Below, in pieces: positions 52,250-64,000 of a stretch of DNA of 64,000 bases (within the stretch, counting starts at the first letter, position 1; each line of letters opens with the position of its first letter). Below the pieces are notes generated by a model. That model saw only the letters and a list, made by a program, of their open reading frames with translations, was not told the DNA's origin and ran no database searches. Origin of the DNA: the human T2T-CHM13v2.0 reference genome, Homo sapiens; assembly GCF_009914755.1 (NCBI RefSeq), contig NC_060943.1. One strand, given 5' to 3'. Both the position numbers and the translations under genes were made by a program.

Positions 52250-52590
52250 TTCGCTAGGGGAGATTGTATTTGCCCACTCCACTGATGTCAGAATGGATGT
52301 GTGACTTGCTTTGGCTGATGAAATGTGAGCAGAAGTGACATGTGTAATTTTTGAGCACAAGCCTGAAGAACTGAACCTCAGTCTGACATACTCTCTTTTT
52401 CATCTGGAGCATCTCAGAGGGAGGCTGCTCTGCTGCTCTGCCAGCCTGGGAACCAGAATAAAGATGGCAAGATCCACAACTGATGTTGACATGCAGTGTG
52501 AGCAAAAAATAAGTCCCTTTGTGGATATTTGGCAATGAAATCTGGGGTTGCTTGTTACTGCGGCATAACCTAGTCTAAACTGACTGATAC
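52250..52590 (+). mobile_element. Old MLT1 LTR fragment
   Basis: catgtg...gcagaagtgac; gggttgcttgttactgcggcataacctag...ctgactgataca. Confidence 0.65.
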
Positions 52591-52751
52591 ATACACTATA
52601 TGATGTGTTTCCTCTGGAAACTCCATGAAGGGCTGCCCTGAAGACCGGATTCGGTTGGGACAATGCTTCTGTTCCCTCCCCCAGGTACCCCTAGAAAGGG
52701 GTTCCTGGGTGTTGTGTGTGTTTTAAAGTTTGTGTGTGTCCCCAGTTTTTA

Positions 52752-53150
<399 letters not shown>

Positions 53151-53164
53151 TCAGTTATTTCTTA

Positions 53165-56390
<3,226 letters not shown>

Positions 56391-56782
56391 TAACTTATTT
56401 GGTAATGAAACCTGATCTGATTGGACATGAAGCTCTTTATACTTGTTATTTACCCCATTTGATGTAAATAGTTACACATTTTATGGCAGAAATATTGTGT
56501 TTGATTATAGGGCTGCCTTAGACCCAGCTGAGGGTGTCATGTCCCACATGGGAATCTCAAAATATTCTCAACTTTGAAACACATCTGCCTGTAACGATTT
56601 CAAGTAAGGAACTGTGGATGTGTATTAATATCCCTCACATGACAAAGGCGGTGGCTGAAAGGTCAATCAATTTGCTTATGACTCATTCTGTGGCTCTGGG
56701 TGGTGACTCAAATTCTAAAACCGGTTTTCTTTCTACCCAAGATCCAAGCTGGTTGCAACTGAGTCACTTCCAAGGCTCATCA

Positions 56783-57196
<414 letters not shown>

Positions 57197-58073
57197 TCAG
57201 AAATAAGTGTTGGAGGAGTTGGACTCAATCCTGGCATTCTATGGATCTACAACTCCCAGATGGGATACCAGAGATGCTTTTAAGTGATACAGGAGCCCAA
57301 CACAGAAAAACAAGGTAACAAAGTTACTTCCTTTCCAACTCTCTCAATCCTTTTGAGTGAAGGAGAAATTTTTACTTAGTTGCTACCATGTTAACACCTA
57401 CCATTGACATTTTCCCTCTTTAACCAAGAAAGAGCAGTTGTCAATGCACAAAGCCTTAGGCAGGCAGCCATATTTGGTTAGATTTCCATAACAGTATCTG
57501 TTTTCTGTCTTTAATTTTTAGTAGAGACAGAGTCTAACTATGTTGCCCAGGCTGGTCTCATTCTCCTGGGCTCAAGCAACACTCCTGCCTTGGTCTTTCA
57601 AAATGCAGGGATTACGGGTGTGACTTGATTTAAAGAAACATATTACATAAGAGATAATACTGGGGACCCCCAGGTGAAGCATAGAGTGAAAGTGGGTGCT
57701 CTAATGACTGGATTTTATTTCCCTTAATATATATATATGTTTTTGAATGACAGGCTTTTGGGAAATGCTGGTTCATGCTATTTTGGAATGGGAGATACTA
57801 GAGCCTAGAATAGGTAGATGAAAAGTCAAAATTTTATGGAACAAGAAATCTAGTTCCTGCTTCCCAGATCACGGTTATACCCTTTTAAATCCATATGATG
57901 CCTTCATGCGAATTAGGAAAAAGGATCTTAACCCCAAGACACTTCATCTAAAGAAAAACTGCCATAATACACAGATTATTTTAGGTCAGCTCACTTTACT
58001 GCCATCTGCTGGGAAGTTGTAATAATACAAATATCCATACACGATGGCTAGGATGTTATCAGCACCTCCTTTA

Positions 58074-58280
<207 letters not shown>

Positions 58281-58459
58281 TTAGGTGGGAAGAAGGGAAG
58301 AGAGGAAGCAGAGGTCAGGTTGGGTAGGGGGCAGCCCACAGCTCCATGGGACCCTACCCTCCCAGGCCTAGAAGTCTGGGGTGAGCTTGGCACAGCCCTG
58401 CCCTTCCTGGTGAAGAGTGGTCCATTTCACCTGTTAAGCTTGGGCTCGGGAGCCAGTAA

Positions 58460-64000
<5,541 letters not shown>

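Overview
Human (primate) genomic DNA, very Alu-rich. It carries the 3' ~62 kb of CACNA1A (CaV2.1 P/Q-type calcium channel alpha1A; chr19p13 from recall) on the minus strand. I mapped exons 25-47 by hand from GT-AG boundaries and reading-frame continuity. These include the mutually exclusive 97-nt exons 37a/37b, cassette exons 43/44, the 12-nt microexon 24a (SSTR), the 6-nt microexon 31a (NP), the GGCAG/TAG alternative acceptor of exon 47, the SCA6 (CAG)13 tract, a His10 tract, the 3' UTR and the polyA signal. The window ends inside intron 24. Introns are filled with Alu, LTR, DNA-transposon and L2 relics and simple repeats. Almost all ORF-track entries are Alu, low-complexity or GC-rich artefacts. 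No prokaryote-type system is present. The most interesting unexplained structure is in splicing architecture: very long AG-free zones (230-352 nt) with candidate distant branch points before three alternative acceptors, a candidate in-frame 120-nt exon in intron 46, a candidate 8-nt poison microexon that creates a stop at its junction, and a tandem repeat that copies the exon 34 donor. Exon numbers and repeat family names are from recall; repeat coordinates are approximate.
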